64,000 nucleotides of DNA from Phascolarctobacterium sp. (GTDB taxonomy: Bacteria > Bacillota > Negativicutes > Acidaminococcales > Acidaminococcaceae): the NCBI GenBank assembly GCA_034117325.1, contig JAXEPX010000009.1:3208-67207 (forward strand), read 5' to 3'. Both the position numbers and the translations under genes were made by a program. Positions 50,453 through 60,811 of the stretch are shown here, piece by piece. How positions within the stretch are numbered: position 1 is the stretch's first letter; every line of letters begins with the position of its first letter. The notes beneath the pieces were generated by a model. That model worked only from the letters and a program-made list of their open reading frames with translations. It did not search any database and had not been told where the DNA came from.

Positions 50453-51145
50453 TTATAGTAGGTCGCGCTTCGAAGGCTCACCCTCGCCGAAAAGATAGCG
50501 GTCTACGATAATATCCGCCGCTCTTTCGGGGGTGAACTCCTGCTTAAGCGATTGCGTAGGGTTGAAAATGCTCATCGCTACGCCGAAGAAGACATATTTC
50601 ACCGAGGTTTCCAGGTCGCTACATTCCTTGATCAGCCCTTTATCATAGCCCTCGCGGATAATATCCTCTAGAATAAAATACTCAGCCTGTAGCAGCTCGT
50701 GGTAGCGCAGAATGCGCTCCTCCAGCTCGGAAGAAATCTCTACCTGGCTATAGCGCGGCAGTACGCGATAGACTCCGTCCACACGCTGCACACGGCAGGC
50801 ACTGCTGGCCCCCAGCATTTCGAAGCAAATGATTTGCCAAAGAGCGCTATTTTCATAATAAAAAGCAACAAATTCCTGGAAATAGGCATGCATTTTTTCC
50901 GCTAGGGTTGTGCCGCTGGCGGTTGCCTTTTTTAAACGCTCTACAAAAGGTTTATTTTTATCAGAAACGAGCTTATAAAAAAGCTGCTCTTTATTACCGA
51001 AATATTTATAAACAGTGCCCTTACCAACGTCGGCAAGCTTGATGATTTCATCCAATGTGGCCTTTTCGTAGCCGTACATGGAGAAGATTTCCTCTGCCGC
51101 CTGCAATATCCGCTCATCCTTGGGCATTAGTTTACTTAGCTCCAC
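50453..51145 (-). CDS. TetR/AcrR-family regulator, divergent from the kor operon
   Basis: ILQAAEEIF...ATLDEI...VGKGTVYKYF HTH. Confidence 0.9.
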   Translation of the reverse strand: MELSKLMPKDERILQAAEEIFSMYGYEKATLDEIIKLADVGKGTVYKYFGNKEQLFYKLVSDKNKPFVERLKKATASGTTLAEKMHAYFQEFVAFYYENSALWQIICFEMLGASSACRVQRVDGVYRVLPRYSQVEISSELEERILRYHELLQAEYFILEDIIREGYDKGLIKECSDLETSVKYVFFGVAMSIFNPTQSLKQEFTPERAADIIVDRYLFGEGEPSKRDLL

Positions 51146-51396
51146 CTTGCAACCTCCTCACATAAGTAATTTTCGTTCAGCTTTACTTCATCTGTATCTT
51201 ATATTATAACTTGTTTGGCAAGTAAATGCCAGTCATGGAAGCGAATTTTGCCAATAAATATTATGTAAAAAATCTCAATATTCAAGCAGCCTTTTAAAGA
51301 AAAAATACAAAAAAAGTATATGGAGAAGTGATTTTTCTGTTATAATATAGCTAGGCTACTCTATGCTTTTTTAAGGTATCTGAAGGAGGTTACCGT

Positions 51397-51576
51397 ATGT
51401 TAAAAATTATTACTAACCGTTGCAAGGGCTGCGGTATCTGCGCAGCATTCTGCCCGAAAAAGGTTCTGGCAGTCAACGAAGTAGGCAAGGTCGAGGCTGT
51501 TGCTGAAGAAAATTGCATTAAATGCGGTCAATGTGAAATGCGTTGCCCGGACTATGCTATCTTGCTAGATAAATAA
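51397..51576 (+). CDS. korD: 2x[4Fe-4S] ferredoxin, delta subunit of 2-oxoacid:ferredoxin oxidoreductase (59 aa, absent from ORF track)
   Basis: RBS AAGGAGG; CKGCGICAAFCP and CIKCGQCEMRCPDYAI. Confidence 0.92.
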   Translation: MLKIITNRCKGCGICAAFCPKKVLAVNEVGKVEAVAEENCIKCGQCEMRCPDYAILLDK

Positions 51577-51594
51577 CAAAGGAGTGAATTACCC

Positions 51595-52734
51595 ATGTCA
51601 AGAGTTCTGCTGTTACAAGGTAACCAAGCAGTTGTTGAGGGTGCGATTGCTGCCGGTGTAAAATTCTACGGCGGTTATCCGATCACCCCTTCCACCGAAA
51701 TTGCTGAACAATTAGCACTGCGTCTGCCCCAGGTTGGCGGTAAATTTATGCAGACCGAGGACGAAATTGCCGGTCTGGGTACTGTTATCGGCGCTTCTAT
51801 GGCAGGCAAAAAGGCTATGACCGCTACCAGCGGCCCTGGCTTCTCTCTGAAACAAGAAATGCTGGGCTTGGCTTGCATCGCCGAGATTCCCTGCGTAATC
51901 GTGAACGTACAACGTGTGGGCCCGGCTACCGGCCAACCGACCTCCCCTGCTCAAGGCGAGGTTATGCAAACTCGTTGGGGCACCCACGGCGACCACTGGC
52001 TGATTACCGTTTCTCCCTCCAGCGTTCCTGAATGCTTTGATTTGACTCTGCGCGCAGTTGCACTGTCCGAAAAATATCGTTGCCCGGTTATTCTCTTGAT
52101 GGACGAAGTTATCGGCCACATGCGTGAAAAAATCGAGCTGCCCGACAATTATGATGGAATTCCGCAGGCTGAGCGCAAACAACCGACCTGCGCTCCCGAG
52201 GACTACCTGGCTTATGGCTGCGAGGAAGGCTCCAAGGTGCCTGCAATGGCTCCGTTCGGCAGCGGCTATCGTTGGCATGTAACCGGCCTGGTACATGATG
52301 AGACCGGCTTCCCCAAAGGCACCGGTGCGGCTACTAAAGAATCCCAGGACCGTCTGCGCACTAAGCTGATGGATAATCTGGATGATATCGTACAAGTAGA
52401 AAACTATCGTATGGAAGACGCTGAATTTGCAGTTGTAGCTTTCGGTGGCGCTGCCCGCACCGCTTATGAAGCTATCGATATGGCTCGCGCTGAAGGTCTG
52501 AAGGTTGGCTTCGTGCGCCCGATTACCATCTGGCCCTTCGCTGAAAAGCAAATTCAAGAGCTTGCTTCCAGGGTTAAAGGCATCCTCGTACACGAGCTCA
52601 ACGCCGGCCAATATGTGCTGGAGGTTGAACGCGCTGTAGCAGGCAAGGTTCCTGTAACCCTGTACGGCAAATACGATAATGAATCTGCTACTCCGGCCGA
52701 GCTTTTAGCTGAAATTAAAAAGGCTATGGCCTAA
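51595..52734 (+). CDS. korA: 2-oxoacid:ferredoxin oxidoreductase alpha subunit
   Basis: GYPITPSTE, EDEIA, ATSGPGFSL, VQRVGPATG. Confidence 0.92.
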   Translation: MSRVLLLQGNQAVVEGAIAAGVKFYGGYPITPSTEIAEQLALRLPQVGGKFMQTEDEIAGLGTVIGASMAGKKAMTATSGPGFSLKQEMLGLACIAEIPCVIVNVQRVGPATGQPTSPAQGEVMQTRWGTHGDHWLITVSPSSVPECFDLTLRAVALSEKYRCPVILLMDEVIGHMREKIELPDNYDGIPQAERKQPTCAPEDYLAYGCEEGSKVPAMAPFGSGYRWHVTGLVHDETGFPKGTGAATKESQDRLRTKLMDNLDDIVQVENYRMEDAEFAVVAFGGAARTAYEAIDMARAEGLKVGFVRPITIWPFAEKQIQELASRVKGILVHELNAGQYVLEVERAVAGKVPVTLYGKYDNESATPAELLAEIKKAMA

Positions 52735-52757
52735 TCGGATGAGAGGAGAATAATACA

Positions 52758-53606
52758 ATGAGTAGTGTAATGGAAGATTTAATTACTAAATATTTCCGTC
52801 CGGGTCGTTTGCCTCACATCTGGTGTCCCGGCTGTGGCAACGGCGTTATTACCGGCGCTATTGTAAAGGCTATTGATAAACAAGGCCTGGCTAAAGACGA
52901 TGTTGCTGTTATCAGCGGTATCGGCTGCTCCAGCCGTAGCTCCGGCTATTTGGATTTCAATACTGCAAACACTCTGCATGGTCGTGCTCTGCCCATCGCT
53001 ACCGGCGTTAAAATGGGTAACCCCAAGCTGAATGTTATCGTTTGCAGCGGCGACGGTGACTGCACTGCTATCGGCGGCAACCACCTGATTCATGCTGCAC
53101 GTCGTAATATCGATTTGACCCTCGTTGTTTATAACAACAGCATTTATGGTATGACCGGCGGTCAATATTCCCCGATGACCCCGAAAGGCTCCAAGGCTAC
53201 CACCGCTCCCTACGCAACCATCGAGCCCAGCTTCAACCTGCTGCAGCTCGCTCAGGCTGCTGGCGCAACCTATGTAGCACGCGGTACCACCTATCATGTA
53301 CCGCAGCTGGTTGACGTTATCGCTAAGGGTATCGCTCACAAGGGCTTCTCCATTATCGAGGTAGTAAGCGCTTGCCCGATTTCCTTCGGTCGTCAGAATA
53401 AGATGGGTGGCCCTGCGCAAATGATGATGTGGCAGCGTGACCATGGTGTACTGAAGGCTGTTTGGGACCGCATGGACGAGGAAAAGAAGGCAGAAGCAAT
53501 TGCTGCTGGCAAATTCCCCATCGGCGTGCTCTATGAAAACAACGATGTACAAGAATACACCGCTGCTTATGACGAACTGATTAAACGTGCACAGGAGGGT
53601 AAATAA
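52758..53606 (+). CDS. korB: 2-oxoacid:ferredoxin oxidoreductase beta subunit
   Basis: WCPGCG, SGIGCSSR, HGRALP, GDGD...NN TPP motif. Confidence 0.92.
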   Translation: MSSVMEDLITKYFRPGRLPHIWCPGCGNGVITGAIVKAIDKQGLAKDDVAVISGIGCSSRSSGYLDFNTANTLHGRALPIATGVKMGNPKLNVIVCSGDGDCTAIGGNHLIHAARRNIDLTLVVYNNSIYGMTGGQYSPMTPKGSKATTAPYATIEPSFNLLQLAQAAGATYVARGTTYHVPQLVDVIAKGIAHKGFSIIEVVSACPISFGRQNKMGGPAQMMMWQRDHGVLKAVWDRMDEEKKAEAIAAGKFPIGVLYENNDVQEYTAAYDELIKRAQEGK

Positions 53607-53608
53607 TC

Positions 53609-54142
53609 ATGAGAACTAGCTTTCGTTTTTCCGGTACCGGTGGCCAAGGCTTGATTACTGCCGGTATTATTTTGGCCGAAGCTGCCCTCTTAGATGACAA
53701 GCTGGCTGTACAATCCCAATCCTATGGCCCGGAAGCCCGTGGTGGCTCCTCCAAGGCCGAAGCAATCATCAGTGATGAGCCCATTTATTTCAGCCGCGTT
53801 ATTGATCCCGATATCCTGCTGGTAATGAGCCAGGAGGCTGCTAATAAATTTACTGCTGATACTGATGAGCACACCACCGTTATTACCGATACCCTCTTCG
53901 TGGACCAGGTTCCCGGTAAGTATGGCAAGCGTGTAGACGTGCCCATCACCCATACTGCAAATAGTGTTTGCGGCAAAGCTCTCTTTGCTAATATCGTAGC
54001 ACTGGGCGTAGTAGTAGGTCTGACTAAATGCGTTTCCAAGGAAGCCATCCTCAAGGCTGTATTAAATCGCGTACCGAAAGGCACCGAAGATGCTAATACC
54101 AAGGCTTTGGAAGCAGGTATGGCTCTTGTAGAGAATCTGTAA
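53609..54142 (+). CDS. korC: 2-oxoacid:ferredoxin oxidoreductase gamma subunit
   Basis: SGTGGQG, QSYGPEARGG, NIVALG. Confidence 0.92.
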   Translation: MRTSFRFSGTGGQGLITAGIILAEAALLDDKLAVQSQSYGPEARGGSSKAEAIISDEPIYFSRVIDPDILLVMSQEAANKFTADTDEHTTVITDTLFVDQVPGKYGKRVDVPITHTANSVCGKALFANIVALGVVVGLTKCVSKEAILKAVLNRVPKGTEDANTKALEAGMALVENL

Positions 54143-54174
54143 GACTCTTTAGCAAAAGCACATAGCACAAATAC

Positions 54175-54226
54175 ACTCCTAGAGTGGAGCGGACTTTGAA
54201 GTCTCGCTCCGCTGTAGGAGTTTTTT
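54175..54226 (+). terminator. Terminator after the kor operon
   Basis: ACTCCTAGAGTGGAGCG...CGCTCCGCTGTAGGAGT plus T-run. Confidence 0.7.
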
Positions 54227-54228
54227 GT

Positions 54229-54257
54229 TTGACTTATTTACGGTAATAGCATATAAT
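54229..54257 (+). promoter_or_regulatory. Promoter of the Rrf2 regulator
   Basis: TTGACT-17-TATAAT. Confidence 0.7.
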
Positions 54258-54315
54258 TTAACTAGGCTTACGCTAATTACTACTTTACTATTTGCTCGAA
54301 AAAGGTGGTCTGACT

Positions 54316-54753
54316 ATGAAGATTTCTACTAAAGGACGTTATGCACTGCGCATGCTTTTAGATTTAGCTATGCACCAACAGGATGGCTTTATTGCCTTAA
54401 AGGATATTGCCGCCCGCCAAAATATTTCTAAAAAATATTTAGAGCAAATTGTGCCGATTTTAAATAAGTCAAATATTCTTCAAGCAAGCCGCGGCTTTCA
54501 AGGTGGTTATCGCCTAGTGAATCAGCCTAGTGAGTATAGCGTGGGCAGCATTTTGCGCCTCACTGAGGGGAGTCTTACTCCCATTGCCTGTTTAGATTGG
54601 GAACCCCAGGGCTGCGAGCGCCGTTGTGATTGTATTACATTACCCATGTGGCAGGGCTTGTCCAAGGTTATTGCCGATTATTTGGACAACATTACGCTGC
54701 AGGATATCATCGATGATTATCAAGCTCGTGGCGTCGATAATTATAGCATTTAA
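54316..54753 (+). CDS. Rrf2-family regulator (IscR/CymR-like) with Cys cluster
   Basis: MKISTKGRYALR, ISKKYLEQI, SRGFQGGY, ACL...C..RCDC. Confidence 0.92.
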   Translation: MKISTKGRYALRMLLDLAMHQQDGFIALKDIAARQNISKKYLEQIVPILNKSNILQASRGFQGGYRLVNQPSEYSVGSILRLTEGSLTPIACLDWEPQGCERRCDCITLPMWQGLSKVIADYLDNITLQDIIDDYQARGVDNYSI

Positions 54754-54919
54754 ATATTTGCCTTTTTCAAGCACTGAGGCTTCGCTCATTTAGAGTGAGT
54801 TTACTCAGTGCTTTCGTTTATGTGTGTAGAAATTTTAGTCGCATTCAAGCGCTAGATGTGATATAATAAAACAGGTTATTTCTTAAAATCAATTTAAATA
54901 GAATTAGGATGGTGAAAAA

Positions 54920-55207
54920 ATGAAAGTATCTGCTGAAGACGTTAAACACATTGCACAGCTTTCCCGTCTGACCGTTCCCGAATCTGAAATGGAAGTGTTC
55001 ACTGAACAATTCAACCAGATTCTGAACTATGCCGATATTCTTGAAAAAATCGATACCACCGGTATCGAGCCTACCCCCTACGTGCTGCCCGTCAGCAACG
55101 TACTGCGTGAGGACGTTGTTAAAGAAGGCGTATCCCATGAGGATGCTCTGAAGAACGCTCCTGCTGTTCACAACGACGGCTTCAAAGTACCGCGCGTAAT
55201 CGATTAA
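54920..55207 (+). CDS. gatC: Asp/Glu-tRNA amidotransferase subunit C
   Basis: HIAQLSRL, NVLRED, NAP...FKVPRV. Confidence 0.95.
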   Translation: MKVSAEDVKHIAQLSRLTVPESEMEVFTEQFNQILNYADILEKIDTTGIEPTPYVLPVSNVLREDVVKEGVSHEDALKNAPAVHNDGFKVPRVID

Positions 55208-55222
55208 TAAGGAGGCACTACT

Positions 55223-56692
55223 GTGGAACTGTATAAACTTACGGCACACGAGCTGCACGACAAGCTCGTTAATAAAGAAGTCAGCTCCGTCGAGCTCACG
55301 AATGCTCTGTATGAGCGTATCGACGCAGTTGAAGATAAGGTTAATGCCTATGTAACTCTGGATAAAGAAAATGCTCTGGCACAGGCTGCTAAGGTTGATG
55401 CAAAAATCGCTGCAGGCGAAGCTATCGCTCCGTTGGCAGGTGTTCCGGGCGCTATTAAAGATAATATCTGCACTAAGGGCCTCTTGACTACCTGCTCCTC
55501 TAAAATGCTGAGCAATGTAGTGCCCATTTATGATGCGCATGTTATTAAAAATCTGCGTGCTGATGAAACTGTTTTCCTCGGCAAGACCAATATGGACGAA
55601 TTTGCTATGGGCTCCACCACGAAGACCTCCTTCTATGGCCCGACCCATAACCCCTGGAACCTGGACCGTGTACCCGGTGGCTCCTCCGGTGGTAGTGCTG
55701 CTGCTATCGCTGCAGGCGAAGCTATCTGGACTCTGGGCTCCGATACCGGCGGCTCCATCCGTCAACCGGCTTCCTTCAATGGCTGTGTAGGTATTAAACC
55801 GACCTATGGCCGTGTATCCCGTTATGGCTGCGTAGCCTTCGCATCCTCCCTGGATCAAATTGGACCTATCACCCGCGACGTAACCGACGCTGCGCTGGTG
55901 CTGAACACTATCTGCGGCAAGGATGAGATGGACTCCACCTCTCTGGATGTAGAGGTGCCCGACTTCACTAAAGCTCTGCGCCAGGACGTAAAAGGTCTGC
56001 GCATCGGCCTGCCGAAGGAATATTTCGGCGAAGGCATTGACCCGGAAGTAAAGGCTGAAATTATGAAGGCTGTGAAGAAGTATGAAGAGCTGGGTGCTGA
56101 AATCGTAGAGGTATCCCTGCCCCATACTGAATATGCAGTAATCACCTATTATATCATTGCTCCGGCAGAAGCATCTGCAAACCTGGCTCGCTATGACGGC
56201 GTACGCTATGGCTATCGCAATCTGAATGCTACCTCCGCTCCGGAGATGACCACCACGAGCCGTACTGAGGGCTTCGGTCTCGAGGTACGCCGCCGTATCA
56301 TGCTGGGTACCTATGTACTGTCTAGCGGCTACTATGATGCATACTACAACAAGGCTATGCAAGTACGTACCTTGATTCGCCGCGACTTCGAGGCTGCCTT
56401 CGAAAAATGCGACGTGCTGCTGACCCCGACCTCTCCTGTACCCGCTTATGGTATTGGCGACCAAATGGATCCGCTGACCGTGTACATGCTGGACGTAACT
56501 ACCATCCCTGTAAACATGGCTGGTCTGCCCGGTATCTCCATCCCCTGCGGCTTCGCAAAGGACGGTATGCCCATTGGTATGCAATTAATCGGCAAGGTAC
56601 TGGACGAAGAAACCATTCTGCGTGCTGCTTATACCTTTGAACAAGCAACTGAATATCATAAAGTATTCGCACCGCTGGGAGGTAACAAATAA
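55223..56692 (+). CDS. gatA: Asp/Glu-tRNA amidotransferase subunit A
   Basis: [22 protein letters not shown] amidase signature. Confidence 0.97.
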   Translation: MELYKLTAHELHDKLVNKEVSSVELTNALYERIDAVEDKVNAYVTLDKENALAQAAKVDAKIAAGEAIAPLAGVPGAIKDNICTKGLLTTCSSKMLSNVVPIYDAHVIKNLRADETVFLGKTNMDEFAMGSTTKTSFYGPTHNPWNLDRVPGGSSGGSAAAIAAGEAIWTLGSDTGGSIRQPASFNGCVGIKPTYGRVSRYGCVAFASSLDQIGPITRDVTDAALVLNTICGKDEMDSTSLDVEVPDFTKALRQDVKGLRIGLPKEYFGEGIDPEVKAEIMKAVKKYEELGAEIVEVSLPHTEYAVITYYIIAPAEASANLARYDGVRYGYRNLNATSAPEMTTTSRTEGFGLEVRRRIMLGTYVLSSGYYDAYYNKAMQVRTLIRRDFEAAFEKCDVLLTPTSPVPAYGIGDQMDPLTVYMLDVTTIPVNMAGLPGISIPCGFAKDGMPIGMQLIGKVLDEETILRAAYTFEQATEYHKVFAPLGGNK

Positions 56693-58134
56693 TGACTAGA
56701 TATATTACCGTTATCGGCCTGGAGGTCCATGCCGAGCTGAAAACTAAAACTAAAGCATTCTGCAGCTGCTCCACTGAGTTCGGCAGCACTCCGAATACCC
56801 ATGTTTGCCCCGTTTGCCTGGGCATGCCCGGTGCTTTGCCCGTGCTGAATAAGCAGGTTGTTGACTTCGCTATTAAAGCAGGTCTGGCACTGAACTGCGA
56901 TATTCAAAAATACAATAAATTTGACCGTAAAAACTATTTCTATCCTGACCTGTCCAAAAACTATCAGATTTCCCAATTTGATAAACCCATTTGCCTGGGC
57001 GGTCATATCGACATCGTGGTAGATGGCGAGCACAAACGCATCGGCATCACCCGTATCCACATGGAAGAGGATGCTGGCAAGCTGAACCATAGCGGCGCTA
57101 CCATTTCCACCTCCGACTCCTCCGCAGTTGACTACAACCGCGCTGGCGTACCCCTGATTGAAATCGTTTCTGAGCCTGATATGCGTAGTGCTGCTGAAGC
57201 ACGCGCTTACATGGAAAATCTGAAGGCTATTCTGGAATATACCGATGTTTGCGACTGCAAGATGCAGGAAGGTAGCCTGCGTTGCGATGCGAATATCTCC
57301 ATTATGCCCGAGGGTGCTAAGGAATTTGGTACTCGTGCCGAGATTAAAAACCTGAACTCCTTCCGTGCTCTGGAACGTGCTATTAACTACGAAGTAGAGC
57401 GTCAAAAAGAGATTCTCGAGGATGGCGGTCACGTTGTCCAAGAAACTCGTACCTGGGACGAGGGCAATGGCGTAACCCTGTCCATGCGCTCTAAAGAGGA
57501 AGCTCATGACTATCGTTATTTCCCCGAACCCGACTTGGTTCCGGTTCAGCTGGATGATGCTTGGATTGAGCGCATTCGCGAGACTCTGCCCGAACTGCCG
57601 GCACAACGCCAGGCACGCCTGATGAGCGAGCACGGTCTGCCCGAATACGATGCTTCTCAAATCGTTTCTACTAAGGCTATGGCTGAATACTTTGATGAAG
57701 CTGTGAAGACTGCTAAAGACAGCAAGGGCGTTTCCAACTGGCTGCTGGGCGATGTTTCTGCATATATGAATAATGAGGGCATCACCATTAGCGAGTTCAA
57801 GGTAACCCCTGCACATCTGGCAGAGCTTGTTAACCTGATTAAAGACGGCGTGCTCTCCAGCAAGCTGGCTAAGAAGGTATTCTCTGAGATGGTAAAGGCT
57901 GACGAGGCTCCGAAGGCTCTGGTTAAGAAGCTGGGCCTGGAGCAGGTAAGTGACGAGGGCGCTATCCTGAAGCTGGTTGAAGAGACTCTTGCTGAAAATC
58001 CGCAATCCGTAGCTGACTATAAGGCTGGCAAGGATAAGGCTATTGGCTTCTTGGTTGGCCAAATCATGAAGAAGTCCAAAGGCAAGGCTAACCCGGGGAT
58101 GGTTACTAAGATGCTCAAAGAAAAAATGGCTTAA
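56692..58134 (+). CDS. gatB: Asp/Glu-tRNA amidotransferase subunit B
   Basis: IGLEVHAEL, RKNYFYPDL, NRAGVPLIEIV, YRYFPEPDL. Confidence 0.97.
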   Translation: MTRYITVIGLEVHAELKTKTKAFCSCSTEFGSTPNTHVCPVCLGMPGALPVLNKQVVDFAIKAGLALNCDIQKYNKFDRKNYFYPDLSKNYQISQFDKPICLGGHIDIVVDGEHKRIGITRIHMEEDAGKLNHSGATISTSDSSAVDYNRAGVPLIEIVSEPDMRSAAEARAYMENLKAILEYTDVCDCKMQEGSLRCDANISIMPEGAKEFGTRAEIKNLNSFRALERAINYEVERQKEILEDGGHVVQETRTWDEGNGVTLSMRSKEEAHDYRYFPEPDLVPVQLDDAWIERIRETLPELPAQRQARLMSEHGLPEYDASQIVSTKAMAEYFDEAVKTAKDSKGVSNWLLGDVSAYMNNEGITISEFKVTPAHLAELVNLIKDGVLSSKLAKKVFSEMVKADEAPKALVKKLGLEQVSDEGAILKLVEETLAENPQSVADYKAGKDKAIGFLVGQIMKKSKGKANPGMVTKMLKEKMA

Positions 58135-58138
58135 CGAG

Positions 58139-58237
58139 AAAGCGCTATAAGCACCGTTATGCTTCACAATTTTTCGTCGACGTATTTCTAATACGCCTTC
58201 CTCAAAATTGCTCGCCTTCCGGTACTTCTACCGCTTT
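58139..58237 (+). repeat. Family-2 palindromic 3' element, copy 3 (more diverged)
   Basis: AAAGCG...CGCTTT outer stem; GACGTATTTCTAATACGCC centre; CAATTTT/AAAATTG stem. Confidence 0.7.
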
Positions 58238-58329
58238 CTTAGAAGAAATTTTTCTGAACAGCCGCTAGAAAGCAAGGCGCTTCTAACGCTTTCTTGAAAG
58301 TATAGTAAAAGTATAGTATTAGAAACAAT

Positions 58330-58361
58330 GCTCCCCCGAGGATAAGCTTGGGGGAGCTTTT
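58330..58361 (+). terminator. Terminator after gatCAB
   Basis: GCTCCCCC...GGGGGAGC plus T4. Confidence 0.75.
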
Positions 58362-58420
58362 GTTCTAAAATTTTTCATAAATAATATACATAATACAAGA
58401 GCTTTGAGTGGTGTGTATCA

Positions 58421-58449
58421 TTGCGAAATAAGCTCAGCTGTGCTATTAT
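58421..58449 (+). promoter_or_regulatory. Promoter upstream of the small Cys-rich gene and alr
   Basis: TTGCGA-17-TATTAT with extended TG. Confidence 0.6.
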
Positions 58450-58513
58450 ATTATGAGTAAAAGAAGCATGTTAATTTTATGGTGAAGCTGGTAGCTGAAA
58501 GCGAGGCGAGCAG

Positions 58514-58657
58514 ATGGCTGATTATGTTGTTGGTGGCGTGTTGGTGCTGCTCTTCGTGCTGGCGGCACGCAGCTATTTTGGTAGAAAGTTTCGCGGGAAC
58601 GGTTGCGGCTGTGGCTGCAGTACCTGTCCTCACGCTACTAAATGTGGTAAAAAATAA
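58514..58657 (+). CDS. FeoB-associated-type Cys-rich small membrane protein, 47 aa (absent from ORF track)
   Basis: MADYVVGGVLVLLFVLAARSYFGRKFRGNGCGCGCSTCPHATKCGKK: one TM helix, basic patch, GCGCGCxxC...C tail. Confidence 0.8.
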   Translation: MADYVVGGVLVLLFVLAARSYFGRKFRGNGCGCGCSTCPHATKCGKK

Positions 58658-58765
58658 AGTGAGCATGCTTTGTGCAATGCAAATGCTGGGCTTTAGCTTG
58701 GCTGCTTGCGTAAGCGTAGCTTTTTAGCTTACCGAGGTTCAGGTAGAAGTTGGGAGGTCTCTAGG

Positions 58766-59884
58766 GTGCATATTCAACGTGGTGCGTGGGCGGAAATCAA
58801 TCTTGATGCTATAGCTCACAATGTACAAATGGCGAAGGCCAATTTGAAGCCGACGACGAAGCTGTGCGCCGTAGTTAAAGCTGATGCCTATGGGCATGGT
58901 GCGGTGCGTGTGGCTCAGGAGGCTGCGCGCAACGGGGCGGACTTCTTTGCAGTAGCGCTTTTGCAGGAGGGTGTGAAGCTGCGGGATGCGGGCATTGATC
59001 AGCCCATTCTGGTGCTGGGATCCCTGCTTCCTGAGGTTGCCGATATCTGCGTGCGCTATAATATAAGCCATGCAGTTTTCGACGAGGAGAGGCTTTATGC
59101 TTTGAACGAAGCGGCACTGCGTCAGCATACGAAGGCCAAGATCCATATTAAGGTGGATACTGGTATGCATCGCATTGGTGTGCATGTACGCGATGCGGGT
59201 AAATTTGCTAAGCTGGCAGCATCATTGCCAGGTATTGAAATCGAGGGTGTTTTCTCGCATTTTGCTACCGCGGATGCTGATGATAAGCAGTATGCGGCCT
59301 ACCAATTCGGACGATTTCAGGAAGCGTTGCGCCTTATTGAGGCGGAGGGAGTGCATATTCCTTTGCGTCATATTGCCAATAGTGCAGCGTTGACGGAGCT
59401 AGAGGAGTATCAGCTGGACATGGTGCGTCAAGGTATTACCCTCTATGGACTTCATCCTGCGCACATGATAGATTGCTATAAGGGCTTTGAGCCTGTGATG
59501 ACAGTGAAGACGCAGGTTTCTTTTGTGAAAACACTGCCTGCCGGTGAGACCATCGGCTATGGCAGAACCTTTACTACTGAGCGCAGTAGTGTGATAGCTA
59601 CAGTTCCCATTGGCTATGCGGATGGCGTGAGCCGGCGTCTGTCCAATCGGGGCTATATGATAGTCAATGGTCAGCACGCTCCCATTGTGGGCAAGGTGTG
59701 TATGGACCAGGTTATGCTGGACGTGACCGATATTCCCGATGTTCATGTGGGTAGTGAGGTCATTGTTTTCGGCGGTCATGAGCTTCCTATGGAGCTGGTG
59801 GCTGAATGGGCGGACACAATTTGCTATGAAATTATTTGCAATGTGAGCCCCCGCGTGCCGCGTGAATATGTGCGTGGCAATTAA
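58766..59884 (+). CDS. alr: Alanine racemase (start GTG 58766 after GGGAGG)
   Basis: AVVKADAYGHG PLP lysine, HIKVDTGMHRIG, SHFA, IGYG, CMDQ. Confidence 0.95.
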   Translation: MHIQRGAWAEINLDAIAHNVQMAKANLKPTTKLCAVVKADAYGHGAVRVAQEAARNGADFFAVALLQEGVKLRDAGIDQPILVLGSLLPEVADICVRYNISHAVFDEERLYALNEAALRQHTKAKIHIKVDTGMHRIGVHVRDAGKFAKLAASLPGIEIEGVFSHFATADADDKQYAAYQFGRFQEALRLIEAEGVHIPLRHIANSAALTELEEYQLDMVRQGITLYGLHPAHMIDCYKGFEPVMTVKTQVSFVKTLPAGETIGYGRTFTTERSSVIATVPIGYADGVSRRLSNRGYMIVNGQHAPIVGKVCMDQVMLDVTDIPDVHVGSEVIVFGGHELPMELVAEWADTICYEIICNVSPRVPREYVRGN

Positions 59885-59957
59885 ATTATTACGCTTTCCC
59901 TTATTTTATGGCTGCCGGAGGACAAGTCCAAAGGCAGTCCTTTTTTCTTATTTGAGT

Positions 59958-60015
59958 AAAAATAAAACGCACTCGCGTTCCGCTAGCTTAGCGTAACAGG
60001 AGTGCGTTATTTTTT
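59958..60015. terminator. Bidirectional terminator between alr and the ABC permease
   Basis: AAAAATAAAACGCACTC...GAGTGCGTTATTTTT. Confidence 0.7.
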
Positions 60016-60811
60016 AGTTCTTCCAGGGTACGGCTTTGCGCTCGCACCATTGTAGGAGCAGGTTGAAGATGAGACCTAGGAGTGAAAGCACGATGACGCC
60101 GGCCATGAGGCGGTCCGTGATCATTAAATCACCATAGTGCAGGATTAGTGCGCCAATGCCCTCTTGGGCTGCAATCATTTCGGCAGCGACGAGCAGCAGG
60201 AGCGAGGTGCCAGCAGCAAGACGCAGACCTGCGAAAATCATGGGCATAGCGTTGGGGAGCACGACACTTTTCATCGTCTGCCACCAGTTCGCATTGAAGC
60301 TTACGGCTACCTTGATGAGCAGGGGGTCGACATTTTTGACACCGCTATAGGTATTCATAGCCACGGGGAAGAAGACGCCCATGGCAATAATCGTTACTTT
60401 AGAGAGCTCGCCTATGCCCAGCCAAAGGATGAAGAGGGGCAGCAGAGCGATTTTCGGAATGGGATAGAGAGCGTTGACAATGGGGTTACCGATTTTGTCC
60501 GCGAGGGCGGAGGTGCCCGTCACGAGGCCCACAGCAAGGCCAATCAGGCTGCCTACAGCAAAGCCTAAGAGAATACGATAGAGGCTGGCTGCAAGGCTGA
60601 CACCAATTTCGCCATCGCCAATCATCGTGAAGAGGGAGGCGACAATTTGGCTTGGTGCCGGGAGGAAGAGGGAGGAGACGAAGCCTGCACGGCAGATGCC
60701 CTCCCACACAATTAAAACGCAGATGATAGAGACGACACTGACCCAATGCGGATAGCTTTTTTGCCAGTGAGTCATGCGATTACGTACGAGATATTCAGTG
60801 TTTTTCGCCAT
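60014..60811 (-). CDS. NitT/TauT/SsuC-family ABC permease
   Basis: FLPAPSQI, PIPKIALLPLFILWLG, LVAAEM. Confidence 0.9.
   Translation of the reverse strand: MAKNTEYLVRNRMTHWQKSYPHWVSVVSIICVLIVWEGICRAGFVSSLFLPAPSQIVASLFTMIGDGEIGVSLAASLYRILLGFAVGSLIGLAVGLVTGTSALADKIGNPIVNALYPIPKIALLPLFILWLGIGELSKVTIIAMGVFFPVAMNTYSGVKNVDPLLIKVAVSFNANWWQTMKSVVLPNAMPMIFAGLRLAAGTSLLLLVAAEMIAAQEGIGALILHYGDLMITDRLMAGVIVLSLLGLIFNLLLQWCERKAVPWKN

Noticed and set aside
54845-58167. Long minus-strand ORFs of 579 and 503 aa
   Set aside because: Antisense shadows of gatCAB produced by codon bias; no RBS or protein motifs.
58479-58727. 82-aa ORF from the track
   Set aside because: An overlapping frame (58514-58657) gives a recognisable small-protein family.
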